NCBI GenBank assembly: GCA_004294135.1
Contig: RDZY01000016.1
Span: forward strand, 18,036 to 82,035
Origin: Sphingobacteriia bacterium
Lineage (GTDB): Bacteria; Bacteroidota; Bacteroidia; Chitinophagales; Chitinophagaceae
Length of the DNA: 64,000 nt
Direction of reading: 5' to 3'
Shown: piece by piece, positions 19,288-29,681 of the stretch
Numbering within the stretch: the stretch's first letter is position 1
Layout of the letters: the number at the start of each line of letters is the position of its first letter
Program-made: the position numbers and the translations under genes
The notes under the pieces: model-generated
Databases searched by the model: none
Told to the model about the DNA's origin: nothing
What the model saw: the letters and a program-made list of their open reading frames with translations, nothing else

Positions 19288-19557
19288 CTAAGGCACTGGA
19301 TCCCATCCGGAGCCTCCGCCTGGCCTGCATTTGCTCAATCTTTTCAACAACAGCCAACCGCCCTTAAATAGTCCATATTTTTTTAAAGCTTGCTCTCCAT
19401 ACTGGGAGCAGGTTGGTACAAACCTGCACTTGGGTCCTAGTATGGGCGAAATAATATACTGGTATAATTTAATAAACGGAATGAAGAGTAAGCCCAAGAT
19501 TTTAGAAATAGAAAATGTAAATTGGCGTTTATTTTCTAACCTACAGTTTACACACAT
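19288..19557 (-). CDS. yidD: Membrane protein insertion efficiency factor YidD
   Basis: [37 protein letters not shown]. Start position uncertain. Confidence 0.93.
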   Translation of the reverse strand: MCVNCRLENKRQFTFSISKILGLLFIPFIKLYQYIISPILGPKCRFVPTCSQYGEQALKKYGLFKGGWLLLKRLSKCRPGGGSGWDPVP

Positions 19558-19569
19558 AACTGATTGCTT

Positions 19570-20001
19570 TTAGCTTTTTGTGATTGTACTTTGCTGTTCA
19601 CCATCGCCCAGCTTCCCCATTAATTTAACCAATACTTTTGCCATAGCATGGGTTATTTCTATTTGCGTAGCCAGCTCCTTCCCTATAAATAAAAAGAACA
19701 CCGCTACCTGAATATTTTTTTCTGCAACAATTATATGCAATGCTTGCTTTTGCGTACGATATGCTTCACGCAGCAATCGCTTTATTCTATTGCGATCTAC
19801 TGCTTTTTTAAAATTTCGCGCACTTACACCCACCCCAGCATTTACCAATACCTTACTTGGCATTTCAGCATCAGTAGTTGTGAGCGTATAGAAAATTTTA
19901 ATGGGGAAAACACTGAACGATTTGCCCGCCGAAAATAGCAACTCCATGGCCTTGCGACTTTTGAGTTTTTCTTCACTGGGATAACCGTTCTTTACTTTCA
20001 T
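19570..20001 (-). CDS. rnpA: Ribonuclease P protein component
   Basis: EKLKSRK, SVSARNFKKAVDRNRIKRLLREAYR (RNR motif). Confidence 0.94.
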   Translation of the reverse strand: MKVKNGYPSEEKLKSRKAMELLFSAGKSFSVFPIKIFYTLTTTDAEMPSKVLVNAGVGVSARNFKKAVDRNRIKRLLREAYRTQKQALHIIVAEKNIQVAVFFLFIGKELATQIEITHAMAKVLVKLMGKLGDGEQQSTITKS

Positions 20002-20006
20002 GGGTA

Positions 20007-20014
20007 CAAAACTA
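20007..20014 (-). promoter_or_regulatory. -7 promoter element (TAGTTTTG) for rnpA
   Basis: Minus strand reads TAGTTTTG-taccc-ATG; it abuts the U-tract of the rpmH terminator. Confidence 0.55.
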
Positions 20015-20040
20015 AAAAAGCTCCGTCAATGGACGGAGCT
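20014..20040 (-). terminator. Intrinsic terminator after rpmH
   Basis: Minus strand AGCTCCGTC catt GACGGAGCT followed by a T-run. Confidence 0.8.
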
Positions 20041-20080
20041 AATATTTTATATCCTGCCCCTATTATGGGGTTGGAGTGGA

Positions 20081-20236
20081 CTATTTTAATCCTTTTTCGC
20101 TAGAAACACTTAGTTTCTTGCGACCTTTCGCTCTGCGGCTTGACAGTACTTTACGGCCATTAGCAGATTCCATACGTTTACGGAAACCGTGTACGGTTTT
20201 ACGACGACGTTTGTGTGGTTGGAATGTACGTTTCAT
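20081..20236 (-). CDS. rpmH: 50S ribosomal protein L34 (missed by the ORF track, 51 aa)
   Basis: Translated by hand: [51 protein letters not shown]. Confidence 0.98.
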   Translation of the reverse strand: MKRTFQPHKRRRKTVHGFRKRMESANGRKVLSSRRAKGRKKLSVSSEKGLK

Positions 20237-20317
20237 TGATGTATTTTTTTACTAACCCTAAAATATAGTTTCTTTTCAAATGCTTCAGTCACCATACCGC
20301 CGCTTGTGAAAGGACGG

Positions 20318-20325
20318 CAAAATTA
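20318..20325 (-). promoter_or_regulatory. -7 promoter element (TAATTTTG) for rpmH
   Basis: Exact TAnnTTTG between the murI stop and rpmH. Confidence 0.6.
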
Positions 20326-20336
20326 AGTAAAAAATG

Positions 20337-21164
20337 CTAATGACCCAACAGAATATGCATTGATTTCACAGGTTTTCCAAAGAAAATAGCTCCATTGGCA
20401 TCAAAATCAGCTGTTGAATCGGTTGTACAGAACTTTATAGTGCCATTTTTAGAACATCGGTCAGCCATTTCGGGATGGCGTAACAAGTATTCCATCAAGC
20501 TATTGGCCACTATACTTCCCTGAGAAATAATTTTGATGCCCTTTGCAAAGGTCTCAATTTTGGGCAAGAGTAGCGGATAATGCGTACAGGCTAATAAAAT
20601 GGTGTCTATTTCAGGCGATTTTGATAAAAGTTGATCTAGGTTTTGCTTCACAAAATAATCGGCTCCTGCACCCTCATACTCCTTATTTTCTACCAAGGGC
20701 ACCCACATAGGGCAAGCTTCTTGGTAAACTTTTGCTTTTGGAAAAAATCGATTAATTTCTATCTCATAACTTTTACTGAGCACCGTTCCTTGGGTTGCCA
20801 TTACTCCCAATTGCTGGCTTTTAGAATAGTTGCCAATTACCTCAGCCGTTGGTCGTATTACACCCAATACCCGTTTATGAGCATCTATTAGGGGCAAATC
20901 TTTCTGTTGAATGGTTCTTAATGCCTTTGCAGAAGCTGTATTACAGGCCAGCACTACCAACTCACAACCTTGTGAAAAAAACCACTGCACCGCCTCAAAA
21001 GTGTATTGATAAACTGTTTCAAATGATCTGGTACCATAAGGTGCTCGGGCATTATCGCCCAAGTAGAGATAGTCGTATTCGGGCAACACTTTCACCAGTT
21101 CTTTTAAAACGGTTAGGCCACCATAGCCACTATCGAAAACCCCAATTGGTGCAGATTGCGCCAT
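20337..21164 (-). CDS. murI: Glutamate racemase
   Basis: GVFDSGYGGLTV, DNARAPYG, ACNTAS and LACTHYP. Confidence 0.97.
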   Translation of the reverse strand: MAQSAPIGVFDSGYGGLTVLKELVKVLPEYDYLYLGDNARAPYGTRSFETVYQYTFEAVQWFFSQGCELVVLACNTASAKALRTIQQKDLPLIDAHKRVLGVIRPTAEVIGNYSKSQQLGVMATQGTVLSKSYEIEINRFFPKAKVYQEACPMWVPLVENKEYEGAGADYFVKQNLDQLLSKSPEIDTILLACTHYPLLLPKIETFAKGIKIISQGSIVANSLMEYLLRHPEMADRCSKNGTIKFCTTDSTADFDANGAIFFGKPVKSMHILLGH

Positions 21165-21229
21165 ATATTTACTTTATTTGGCTGGTAAATTTCACTTACC
21201 GGTGATTACTACTTGTAAAACTACAAAAC

Positions 21230-21266
21230 AAAAGCCCCAATTCGAATAAATCAAATCGGGGCTTTT
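21230..21266 (-). terminator. Hairpin after the skp genes
   Basis: AAAAGCCCC ... GGGGCTTTT inverted repeat. Confidence 0.7.
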
Positions 21267-21282
21267 TATACTATAAATAAGA

Positions 21283-21897
21283 TTATCCTTTTCCAGCAGG
21301 TTTAACAGCGGCAGGCTTTGCTCCACCAGCAGCACCATTGGCAGCTTTCCAAGCATCTTCTACTTCTTTGCCCAAAGGAATATTCAACTTTTTTAATGCG
21401 CGAATACCTACATTATCCAGCAAGCTAATACTGGGTAAGAAATAGTCTGAAATGATTTCTTGCTTTACTATTAAAGAATATTTCTGTTCTGCTACTACTT
21501 GTTGTATGGCTTCAAATAATTTTTGACGGTAAGGGCGAGCCAATAACTCATATTTTGCCTGTAATAATTGCTGCTCATATTCTTGCCAATTGGCTAGTTT
21601 ATATCTTTTTTGTAAATTATCACGGTTGGCAATTTCGCGCGCTTTCGCAGGCATTGCGGCAGAATCTTTTCTAAATAAACTGTCGCTGCGCTGAAAATCA
21701 TACACCAGTCCTCTGTACTCGTCTTGTAATGAATCTAGCCTATAACTACTGATTAATGTATCAATTTTACTGAAACCTGGTAGGGCATAAAGCACTTCCT
21801 GCTCATTGATGTAACCTATTTTAACCTGTGCACTTACGCTGTTGGTAAAAAGTGTAATCGCTGCAATAGCCACACACACTAAGAAATTTTTGCTCAT
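21283..21897 (-). CDS. skp: OmpH/Skp family periplasmic chaperone (2nd copy)
   Basis: Signal peptide then AQVKIGYIN; helical body; located in the bamA operon. Confidence 0.82.
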   Translation of the reverse strand: MSKNFLVCVAIAAITLFTNSVSAQVKIGYINEQEVLYALPGFSKIDTLISSYRLDSLQDEYRGLVYDFQRSDSLFRKDSAAMPAKAREIANRDNLQKRYKLANWQEYEQQLLQAKYELLARPYRQKLFEAIQQVVAEQKYSLIVKQEIISDYFLPSISLLDNVGIRALKKLNIPLGKEVEDAWKAANGAAGGAKPAAVKPAGKG

Positions 21898-21929
21898 TGT
21901 AATGAAATTTATGGTTTGTTTTTGATTGA

Positions 21930-22448
21930 CTAAAATTTAATGCCCATTTCTCTCAGCACTTCATCGCTTTTATCAAGTTTTGGATCGGCAAATATAACGG
22001 TAATTCCTTCACTTTTATCCAGTATGAAATCATAAAATCTTGCCACTGCTATTTTCTGAATAGCATTATATACTTTGTCCTGTATGGGTTTTACCAGTTT
22101 CTGGCGCTCTTTAAATAAATCGCCCTCATATCCAAAACGTTTTTTTTGCAATTCACGCACCGTTTTTTCCTTGTTGAACAATTCATCTTCTCTTTTTTTC
22201 TTCAAATCATCGGTAAGCATAAACTGCTCAGCTTCATAATTCTTGTACATTTTATCGAGAGCTACTTGTAAATCGTCTATTTCCCTTTGCCATTGCTCAC
22301 CCACCAACTGAAGTTTTTTATCGGCTTCTTTGTACTCAGGTATTTTACTCAATATATATTTAGTATCAATAATGGCATAACGCTGTTGCGCTATTGCACT
22401 GAATGAAATAAGTAATACGGTTAAAAATACTACCAGTGTTTTTTGCAT
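21930..22448 (-). CDS. skp: OmpH/Skp family periplasmic chaperone (1st copy)
   Basis: AQQRYAIIDTKYILSKIPEY, KPIQDKVYNAI and YDFILDKS. Start reassigned to MQKTLVV at 22448. Confidence 0.92.
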   Translation of the reverse strand: MQKTLVVFLTVLLISFSAIAQQRYAIIDTKYILSKIPEYKEADKKLQLVGEQWQREIDDLQVALDKMYKNYEAEQFMLTDDLKKKREDELFNKEKTVRELQKKRFGYEGDLFKERQKLVKPIQDKVYNAIQKIAVARFYDFILDKSEGITVIFADPKLDKSDEVLREMGIKF

Positions 22449-22470
22449 ATAATGATTTTTATTTTTAGGA

Positions 22471-25206
22471 TTATTCAGGTTCAAACCCAAGCATAAAGGT
22501 AAAGCGAGCTGCATCCCTCAATGAATTGTTTGGCGTAAACCTATCCAATCCTATGCCATAATCAAATCCAAGCAATCCAAACATGGGTAAAAAGAAGCGC
22601 ATACCCACTCCCACTGAGCGTCTTAGCTGAAATGGATTATAGTCTTTAAAGGAGTACCAGCCATTCGCTGCCTCATAAAATGCAAGTGCAAAAATGGTGC
22701 TACTGGGATTTAAACTCAGCGGATAACGCATTTCCACCGTGTATTTATTAAATATAGTAAAGTATTGGCTCGCTCTCTGCTGATCAGGATTTACCCTTGG
22801 ATTTGAATTATCGTAAACAGGAAATCCTCTATGGGCTACTATATCAAAGCCCAATAATGCAAACTGATTGGTTAACCCTGCATCACCTACCTGAAAACGT
22901 TCGAATGGTGAAATCTGTAATTTACTGTTGAAGCGACCCACAAAACCAAACTTAGCTGCAAATCTCATCACAAACTGTTTGTTCCGATCTTCTCCATGTG
23001 GTTTTCCCAATGGCACAAACCACTCGCCATTAAAACGCCATTTATGGTATTCAATCCACTTATAAGGATTATTAGCAGGATTAATGCTGCTGTTAATTAG
23101 CGAGAAGGGCGGTGTTATGGCTAAACTCGCCATAAAATTTGAACCCGACTTAGGAAACATAGGTTGATCGATGGAAGAACGTTGTAATGAAACCCTAAAG
23201 TTGAGGTTGTTTACAACTCCATTGTCGAAACCGGGCAAATTGGTGGGGTCAATGGCATAATCACTCAATTTATAACGGGTATAATTCAATCCCATTGATA
23301 AAGAAAAATAATCATCAGGCCATTTTAGCTGCTTGGCAATACTGGCTGTAACACCCGTAGTAGATATATAACTTTGGTTGGCATATTTAGGATCAAACAA
23401 TCCTGTAGTAGGATTAAATGTTTGCCCGAATTTGGTATTGAAAACACTAACGGTAAGTGCATTTCTTTTCTTACCCCCCAGCCAAGGTTCGGTAAATGAA
23501 AAGTTATAGGAACGAAAAGCACGTCCATTACTCTGAATACGTAGGCTTAATTTTTGACCATCACCCATTGGCAACGGATCCCAAGCTGTTTTTTTAAATA
23601 AATTTCTAGCAGAGAAATTATTAAACGAAACACCGAGTGTACCCGTAAGCCCAATCAGTCCGCCCCAACCTGCACTCAATTCTAACTGATCACTCGATTT
23701 TTCTTCTACACTATAATTAATATCTACTGTTCCATCTTCTTGATTGGGGACTGGGTTAGGAACAATTTTTTCTTGGTTAAAATAATTTAATTGTGCCAAT
23801 TCACGCACTGAACGAATCAGGTTCTGGCGGCTGAATTTTTCTCCCGGTATGGTTCGGAGTTCGCGACGAATTACATATTCTTTGGTACGATCATTTCCAG
23901 ATATACGCACATTTTTAATGGTTGCTTGTGGCCCTTCAATCACCCTTATTTCAAAATCAATGGTATCGCGGTAAACCGCGGTTTCAACAGGATCTGTTCT
24001 GAAAAAAAGATACCCATCATCCTGATACAATCCACTTATATCATTCCCATCTGGTGAAGAAGATTTACCTAATTTTTTATTCAGTATTTCAAGATTATAG
24101 GTATCGCCTTTGCGTATTCCAAGGATGGCAGTAAGAATTGAATCTGAATATTTGGTATTGCCTCTCCAAGTAATATTACCAAAATGATAGCGCCTGCCTT
24201 CGTTCATTTTTACGTCGATATTCAGGTTACCATTTCCTACATAATACACTGTATCTTTTTCAATAATAGCATCTCTATAACCAAGTGTATTGTAATAATC
24301 AAGTAAGGATTCTTTATCCTCTCCATATTTTTTTTCATCAAATTTAGCAGATGCCAGCTTAATACGGACGTAAGGATCAAGGATTTTTTTGGTTCTAGTA
24401 AACGTTAAATACCCTCGCTCTTTAAGGTATTCATCAAACGTATAATGTTTTGGAACAACAATTCTTGCACTGTCATTGTAAGGATATAAAGTGAATCGGG
24501 ATTTTTCTTTAGAACCCTTCATCTGTTTTTTCAACTTCCCCTCTTCAACGGTTGTATTGCCGATATTAATATTATTAATTTTTACTTTGGGGCCTTTATC
24601 AATATAAAAATCAAGCGCTAATGTATTGGCAAAAGCGGTGTCTTTTCGTTCTGCTATTTTAACTTTGGTATCTCTGTATCCTTTTTCTGCAAAAAATTTC
24701 TGAATTACTTCTGTAGCAGTAATCTTCATATTTTCGGTAATAACCCTATTCGGAACCAGTCCAGTTTTACCCCTTAAATCATCTTGCTGACCTTTGGGAA
24801 TTCCTTTAAAAAAGAAATTAGATAAACGTGGGCGCTCTGTTACGGCAATTTCCACGTCAATTTCTTTTCCAGCCACACGGGTAATATAAATTTCTACATA
24901 GCTGAAGTAGTTTTGACTCCAGAGTTTTGTTATGGCTTTAGCAAAGTTATCACCGCCAGGAATAGCTATTTCATCGCCTATATTTAAATTGGCTATTGAG
25001 ATGAGTAGGTTCTCATCAAAAAAACGATTACCGGTTACTTGCACAGCCGATATTTTATACTTTTTGGGTGTTTTTTGATTGAAGAGATTAATCAGATCTG
25101 CGTCAATAGATGTGATGGTGGTATCGGTAGTTTCTTGCGAAAATGCCGAGTGATTCGTAAATAGAACAACTAATGCGAACAACGATAATTTAAACAATTT
25201 CTGCAT
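22471..25206 (-). CDS. bamA: Outer membrane protein assembly factor BamA (Omp85)
   Basis: POTRA repeats (GNDRTKEYVIRRE), SFTEPW, RSVGVGMRFFLPMFGLLGFDYG. Start reassigned to MQKLFK at 25206. Confidence 0.96.
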   Translation of the reverse strand: MQKLFKLSLFALVVLFTNHSAFSQETTDTTITSIDADLINLFNQKTPKKYKISAVQVTGNRFFDENLLISIANLNIGDEIAIPGGDNFAKAITKLWSQNYFSYVEIYITRVAGKEIDVEIAVTERPRLSNFFFKGIPKGQQDDLRGKTGLVPNRVITENMKITATEVIQKFFAEKGYRDTKVKIAERKDTAFANTLALDFYIDKGPKVKINNINIGNTTVEEGKLKKQMKGSKEKSRFTLYPYNDSARIVVPKHYTFDEYLKERGYLTFTRTKKILDPYVRIKLASAKFDEKKYGEDKESLLDYYNTLGYRDAIIEKDTVYYVGNGNLNIDVKMNEGRRYHFGNITWRGNTKYSDSILTAILGIRKGDTYNLEILNKKLGKSSSPDGNDISGLYQDDGYLFFRTDPVETAVYRDTIDFEIRVIEGPQATIKNVRISGNDRTKEYVIRRELRTIPGEKFSRQNLIRSVRELAQLNYFNQEKIVPNPVPNQEDGTVDINYSVEEKSSDQLELSAGWGGLIGLTGTLGVSFNNFSARNLFKKTAWDPLPMGDGQKLSLRIQSNGRAFRSYNFSFTEPWLGGKKRNALTVSVFNTKFGQTFNPTTGLFDPKYANQSYISTTGVTASIAKQLKWPDDYFSLSMGLNYTRYKLSDYAIDPTNLPGFDNGVVNNLNFRVSLQRSSIDQPMFPKSGSNFMASLAITPPFSLINSSINPANNPYKWIEYHKWRFNGEWFVPLGKPHGEDRNKQFVMRFAAKFGFVGRFNSKLQISPFERFQVGDAGLTNQFALLGFDIVAHRGFPVYDNSNPRVNPDQQRASQYFTIFNKYTVEMRYPLSLNPSSTIFALAFYEAANGWYSFKDYNPFQLRRSVGVGMRFFLPMFGLLGFDYGIGLDRFTPNNSLRDAARFTFMLGFEPE

Positions 25207-25321
25207 CCCTTTTATATTTGTTCTGTTGTCGGTTTGATGAATTCTCACCGTACAGCAATTAATTTGGTTATTGTAAGCAGGGCAAATTAACCCGAATAAT
25301 GAAAACTGTTTGTTAAATAAA

Positions 25322-26092
25322 CTACGCAACATCAGTACCCTCCTGTATTTGGTGACCAGTTTTGCCAAAACGGCGCTCTCTTTTCTGAAAATCTACAATG
25401 GCTTCATACAAATTCTCTTTGCGGAAATCAGGCCAGCGTGTATTGGTAAAATAAAGCTCAGCATAGGCCAACTGGTACAATAAAAAGTTGCTGATTCTAT
25501 ACTCCCCACTGGTTCTAATCATCAACTCTGGATCTGGAAATTTGCTGGTACTCAAATATTGTTGTAGCGTATCCGCATTGATCTGATCGGGATCAATAAG
25601 CCCTGCTTTCACGTCTAGCCCTATATTTTTTACTGCATTCACCAATTCCCATCTGCTACTATAACTCAATGCCATAATAAGGTTGAGTCCAGTATTTCCT
25701 TCAGTTAAATGAAGTGCTTCCTGCAATTCTTCTAGTGCAAATGCGGGCAACATATTCATATCTCCAATTACATGCAATCGAATATTATTTTTATTTAGAA
25801 TGGGCACTTCTTTTCGAATAGTATCTACCAATAAACCCATCAGTCCATCTACCTCTTGTCTTGGGCGATCCCAGTTTTCGGTACTGAACGCATACAAAGT
25901 TAGGTAGCCAATACCCAGTTCCGCCGCTCCTTCTACAATATTCCTCACACTCTCTACCCCATGAAAATGACCATATAATCTTTCTTGGCCTTTTTCTTCT
26001 GCCCAACGCCCATTACCATCCATAATGATGGCGATATGACTGGGCAAATACTCCTTATCAATGGTGGATAAAAGATCCTCCTTTTTAACCAT
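25322..26092 (-). CDS. uppS: Undecaprenyl-diphosphate synthase (isoprenyl transferase)
   Basis: HIAIIMDGNGRWA, YAFSTENWDRP, IRTSGEYRISNFLL and ERRFG. TAATTTCG promoter at 26110-26117. Confidence 0.97.
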   Translation of the reverse strand: MVKKEDLLSTIDKEYLPSHIAIIMDGNGRWAEEKGQERLYGHFHGVESVRNIVEGAAELGIGYLTLYAFSTENWDRPRQEVDGLMGLLVDTIRKEVPILNKNNIRLHVIGDMNMLPAFALEELQEALHLTEGNTGLNLIMALSYSSRWELVNAVKNIGLDVKAGLIDPDQINADTLQQYLSTSKFPDPELMIRTSGEYRISNFLLYQLAYAELYFTNTRWPDFRKENLYEAIVDFQKRERRFGKTGHQIQEGTDVA

Positions 26093-26167
26093 GGGTTAAT
26101 TTTAGTCTGCGAAATTAGCAAAATCAATGGTTTCTAAGGATTTAAAATACCTAAAACCTTGTTTTGT

Positions 26168-27016
26168 CTAGTTAGTGGGGCAGCGATAGGTCTGCAAATT
26201 GAAAGAGAGTCCCAATTTTAAGGTAGCAAATGCGTCTTTTTTTAAGCTATTGCCTCGCTGGCGGCCTTTAATTCCAATAGAACTACCTGTTTCATAGCTT
26301 CTGTCTTGTAATAAAAATCCAGGTGATGGCGATCCATCTGGCAGTGGTTGAAATGCGTCTGGTGCAAAACTAGCACCGCTTACATCATCTAGGTAGTCGG
26401 TATTGGTAAAGCGATAAATGATTTCAGCAAAAAAATTAGTCCGGGTATTGAGGGCATACTTTACTCCAAAAGAAAAGGGAATACTTATTCCAATTGGATT
26501 GTATATGGTTCTATTGGGATACAAGGCCGACCCTTGCCCCTCCGTTCCTAAGGTTCGCAACATATATTTTTCTCCATTTAAAAAAGCATAAGGGTCGTAA
26601 GAAAAAGCACTTATTCCAAGCCCGATATATGGAGTGAACTCAAATCCCTCGAATCCGGGTTGAAAACGGAAAAAATTAAAATCACCCGAAAGGCCTAATT
26701 CCCAAATATTGTTATTAAAACTAAGATTACGTCTCCGTTGAATGGGATTTTCACTGTATCGATCCGAATAGCCAAGCATAGTATATTCTCCAAATACCCG
26801 CAAGCTGATATAATTGGAGATTTGTTTTCTGAAAAACAAGCCGACAGCGGTTTTAGGCCTATTCAGCCTTGCTGAAGGATTTAAATCTCCAAAATAATGA
26901 CCAGCCCCAATTCCAATACCGATTTCTCCAGTATGCACAAAACTCTCCATGAGCTGGGCTTTGGCAGCTAATGTGGTTATAATCATCAGGACTATTATCA
27001 ACCTTTTTTTATACAT
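26168..27016 (-). CDS. DUF6089 family outer-membrane beta-barrel, PorG-like by synteny
   Basis: Signal peptide, YFGDLN, TDYLDDVS and RGN..KKD motifs. Sits immediately upstream of uppS-bamA-skp-skp, as porG does in Porphyromonas. Start reassigned to 27016. Confidence 0.75.
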   Translation of the reverse strand: MYKKRLIIVLMIITTLAAKAQLMESFVHTGEIGIGIGAGHYFGDLNPSARLNRPKTAVGLFFRKQISNYISLRVFGEYTMLGYSDRYSENPIQRRRNLSFNNNIWELGLSGDFNFFRFQPGFEGFEFTPYIGLGISAFSYDPYAFLNGEKYMLRTLGTEGQGSALYPNRTIYNPIGISIPFSFGVKYALNTRTNFFAEIIYRFTNTDYLDDVSGASFAPDAFQPLPDGSPSPGFLLQDRSYETGSSIGIKGRQRGNSLKKDAFATLKLGLSFNLQTYRCPTN

Positions 27017-27076
27017 AGGATAAAACGAAATATTGAGTTTACTGTAAAATAGCACCAAAAATCAATACCATAAATG

Positions 27077-27955
27077 TTAATTTCTTTTATCTAGACCCCA
27101 AGTAAGCTTGGATCGCAGCGTAGACAGAAAAGTATTTTCATTTAACCGGATCAAATTCACGCTGAATTTCTCTTTTCGAATTGCCAATTGAACCGACTTT
27201 GACACCAATTCCCTGCGGGCATCCATGGCACAAATAAATTGATCGGCCCGACCCTCTACTTCAAAAGAAATAATATTATTATCTGGCACTACAATAGAAC
27301 GAACATTCAAATTATGCGGTGCAATAGGGGTGATAACCAAACTAGATGAATCTGGAAATACAATTGGACCATTACAACTTAGGTTATAACCCGTTGAGCC
27401 TGTTGGAGTTGATACTATCAATCCATCCGCCCAATACGTATTAATGAATTCTCCATTCATATAAGTATGAATTTTAATCATTGGTGAAATATCCCGCTTA
27501 TGAATGGTGAATTCATTGAGTGCAAAAGGCGCGTCTACAAATAATGGAATATTAGAATCTAAATGTATTAGGGTTCTTTTATCAATAATAAATGTATGAT
27601 TCACCAGCGCATCTACGGCTACTTTTAGTTCTTCGCGGCTGATGCTGGCCAAAAATCCAAGGCGTCCGAAATTGATACCCAGTACTGGAATATTTTTTTC
27701 TTTAATTAGGGTAACTGCATCCAGCATGGTACCGTCTCCACCGAGACTAATGATGCAATCTATTGATTCATCTAAGTCGTTATAACCCGAAAATACTTTT
27801 AGCTTGGCCGATAAATGTTCTGGTATATGAAATTGCTCGGTAAGGGTATTATAAATAAGGATCTGTGTATCGTGTTTATTCAGTTCTTCCAATAAAATAA
27901 GCAATGGATTTTCCTGTTCAATATCTAGTCCACGACTGTAAATAGCTACCTTCAT
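27077..27955 (-). CDS. nadK: NAD kinase
   Basis: GGDGTML, GINFGRLGFL, ALNE, DGLIVSTPTGSTGYNLS. Start reassigned to MKVAIY at 27955. Confidence 0.95.
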   Translation of the reverse strand: MKVAIYSRGLDIEQENPLLILLEELNKHDTQILIYNTLTEQFHIPEHLSAKLKVFSGYNDLDESIDCIISLGGDGTMLDAVTLIKEKNIPVLGINFGRLGFLASISREELKVAVDALVNHTFIIDKRTLIHLDSNIPLFVDAPFALNEFTIHKRDISPMIKIHTYMNGEFINTYWADGLIVSTPTGSTGYNLSCNGPIVFPDSSSLVITPIAPHNLNVRSIVVPDNNIISFEVEGRADQFICAMDARRELVSKSVQLAIRKEKFSVNLIRLNENTFLSTLRSKLTWGLDKRN

Positions 27956-28067
27956 TCGTTTATTTTTAATAATTTTAACCTTCTCAAGAAATCCTGATAA
28001 GCCATAAAATTCGCTGACAAATATTTTCTTTGAAAGCAAATTGGGTAATGGCTCATTTCATAATCTT

Positions 28068-28721
28068 TTAAATATTAAGGTAAGAGAGTAGGTGCTGGTA
28101 GTTTTCTTTTAATTCATTGGCATATTCTTCTTCGCCAAAATAATAACGCACGGTATAGTCATATCGTTGAAAAGTAGCTACTATATCTGATACCTCTATT
28201 CGATTGATCTTTAGGGTAATAATCACCAATCCTGTACCTGCTTCTGTATAAGTATTAAGTTGGGTAATATAGGAATCATTGGTTTCTACCAAGCGGCTCA
28301 ACTCACCAAAAGAAAAATTACGTTTATCTGTTTCCAGTACAATTACTGCGCCTCGATCTTCATTTCCTACAAATATGGAAATGGTTTTGAGTAATTCTTT
28401 GGTTAATAGAACCCCAGTTAGTTCCATCTGCGCGTTTACCACGGGTAGCAAGGAGAGTTCATTATTAGCAATCAACCGAATTGCGCCTAAAAAATGTTCT
28501 TCTTGTTTAATATAGAATGGCTTAATTAACTCAGCGGATAATTGGCTTGCTTCATCCATGTCTAATAAATCTTCTTTGGCAACAACGCCCAAGAGTTTAT
28601 CCTCACTCACCAGAGGAAGGTGAAGTAGGTCATAATCATCCATGAGCTGAAGGGCAAATATTACTTTATCTGCAATATTCAGCGAAGGGAAACTGGTATT
28701 TAACAATTGCGATACAAGCAT
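28068..28721 (-). CDS. CBS domain-containing protein
   Basis: Two CBS-like repeats (HLPLV, LLPVVN..GV) plus C-terminal domain; conserved upstream of nadK in Bacteroidota. Confidence 0.85.
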   Translation of the reverse strand: MLVSQLLNTSFPSLNIADKVIFALQLMDDYDLLHLPLVSEDKLLGVVAKEDLLDMDEASQLSAELIKPFYIKQEEHFLGAIRLIANNELSLLPVVNAQMELTGVLLTKELLKTISIFVGNEDRGAVIVLETDKRNFSFGELSRLVETNDSYITQLNTYTEAGTGLVIITLKINRIEVSDIVATFQRYDYTVRYYFGEEEYANELKENYQHLLSYLNI

Positions 28722-28744
28722 TGAATACAGTTGTATTGAATCAA

Positions 28745-29524
28745 TTACGCTCCAACATTAGGTTTGGTTGCGTGTTGCGCTAAAAAAACACCTAAAATAC
28801 GATTGAATTCATCTGGCACTTCCATCATAGGAGCGTGACCACATTGATCAATAAAATGAAGTTCGCTATTAGGAATTAAGTTATTAAATTCTTTCCCAAC
28901 AAAAGGTGGTGTTACGGTATCATTATTACCCCAAATTAATAGGGTTGGTTGCTTTATCTGGTTGAGTTCTTCGCCTAAGTTATTGCGGATGGCACTTTTT
29001 GCCAGTGCAATAATTTTAATGACTTTAATTCTGTTATTGGTAATCTCAAAAACCTCATCTACCAATTCTTTGGTGGCGGTTTCTGGATGGTAAAAGGTAA
29101 TCTGTGTTTTTTTCTTAATATACTCATAGTCGCCTCTTTTCGGATAGGAGTCGCCCATACCATTTTCAAACAGTCCGCTACTACCTGTAAGAATAAGGGT
29201 TTTAATATGTTCGGGGTGTTTAAGTACGTGTACCAATGCCACATGACCTCCTAAGGAATTTCCCAGCAAGTGGATATTGGTATACTTTCTGCATTCAATA
29301 AATTTTTGGACATATTTTTCTAACCCTCCAACTGTAGTATGAAAAATATCAAGGTCAAAAAGAGGGAGAATGGGCACTACCACTCGAAATTGCTTTCTGA
29401 AATATTCGATGAGGTGTTCGAAATTGCTCATTGCACCAAATAAACCATGCAGCAGCAACAAGGTTTCCCCTTCGCCTTCTTCTATGAATTTAAACTTATC
29501 CGCTTGTTTTAACTCGTAATTCAT
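28745..29524 (-). CDS. Alpha/beta fold hydrolase
   Basis: LLHGLFG, GNSLGG nucleophile elbow, WGNND and CGHAPMME. Start reassigned to 29524. Confidence 0.9.
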   Translation of the reverse strand: MNYELKQADKFKFIEEGEGETLLLLHGLFGAMSNFEHLIEYFRKQFRVVVPILPLFDLDIFHTTVGGLEKYVQKFIECRKYTNIHLLGNSLGGHVALVHVLKHPEHIKTLILTGSSGLFENGMGDSYPKRGDYEYIKKKTQITFYHPETATKELVDEVFEITNNRIKVIKIIALAKSAIRNNLGEELNQIKQPTLLIWGNNDTVTPPFVGKEFNNLIPNSELHFIDQCGHAPMMEVPDEFNRILGVFLAQHATKPNVGA

Positions 29525-29681
29525 TGGGTTATTTTTCTTAAAAACGTGGCACTTGTACAAATAAAGCCAAAAAAGGGTACAAATTACCTAAAATAGACAA
29601 TTAGTTCCCGTTCAGCAGTGCAATCGCTGCTAAAGTAGGTAAAATAAGGCATATTTCAATTGTAGAGTTGGTTCAAAAGCA

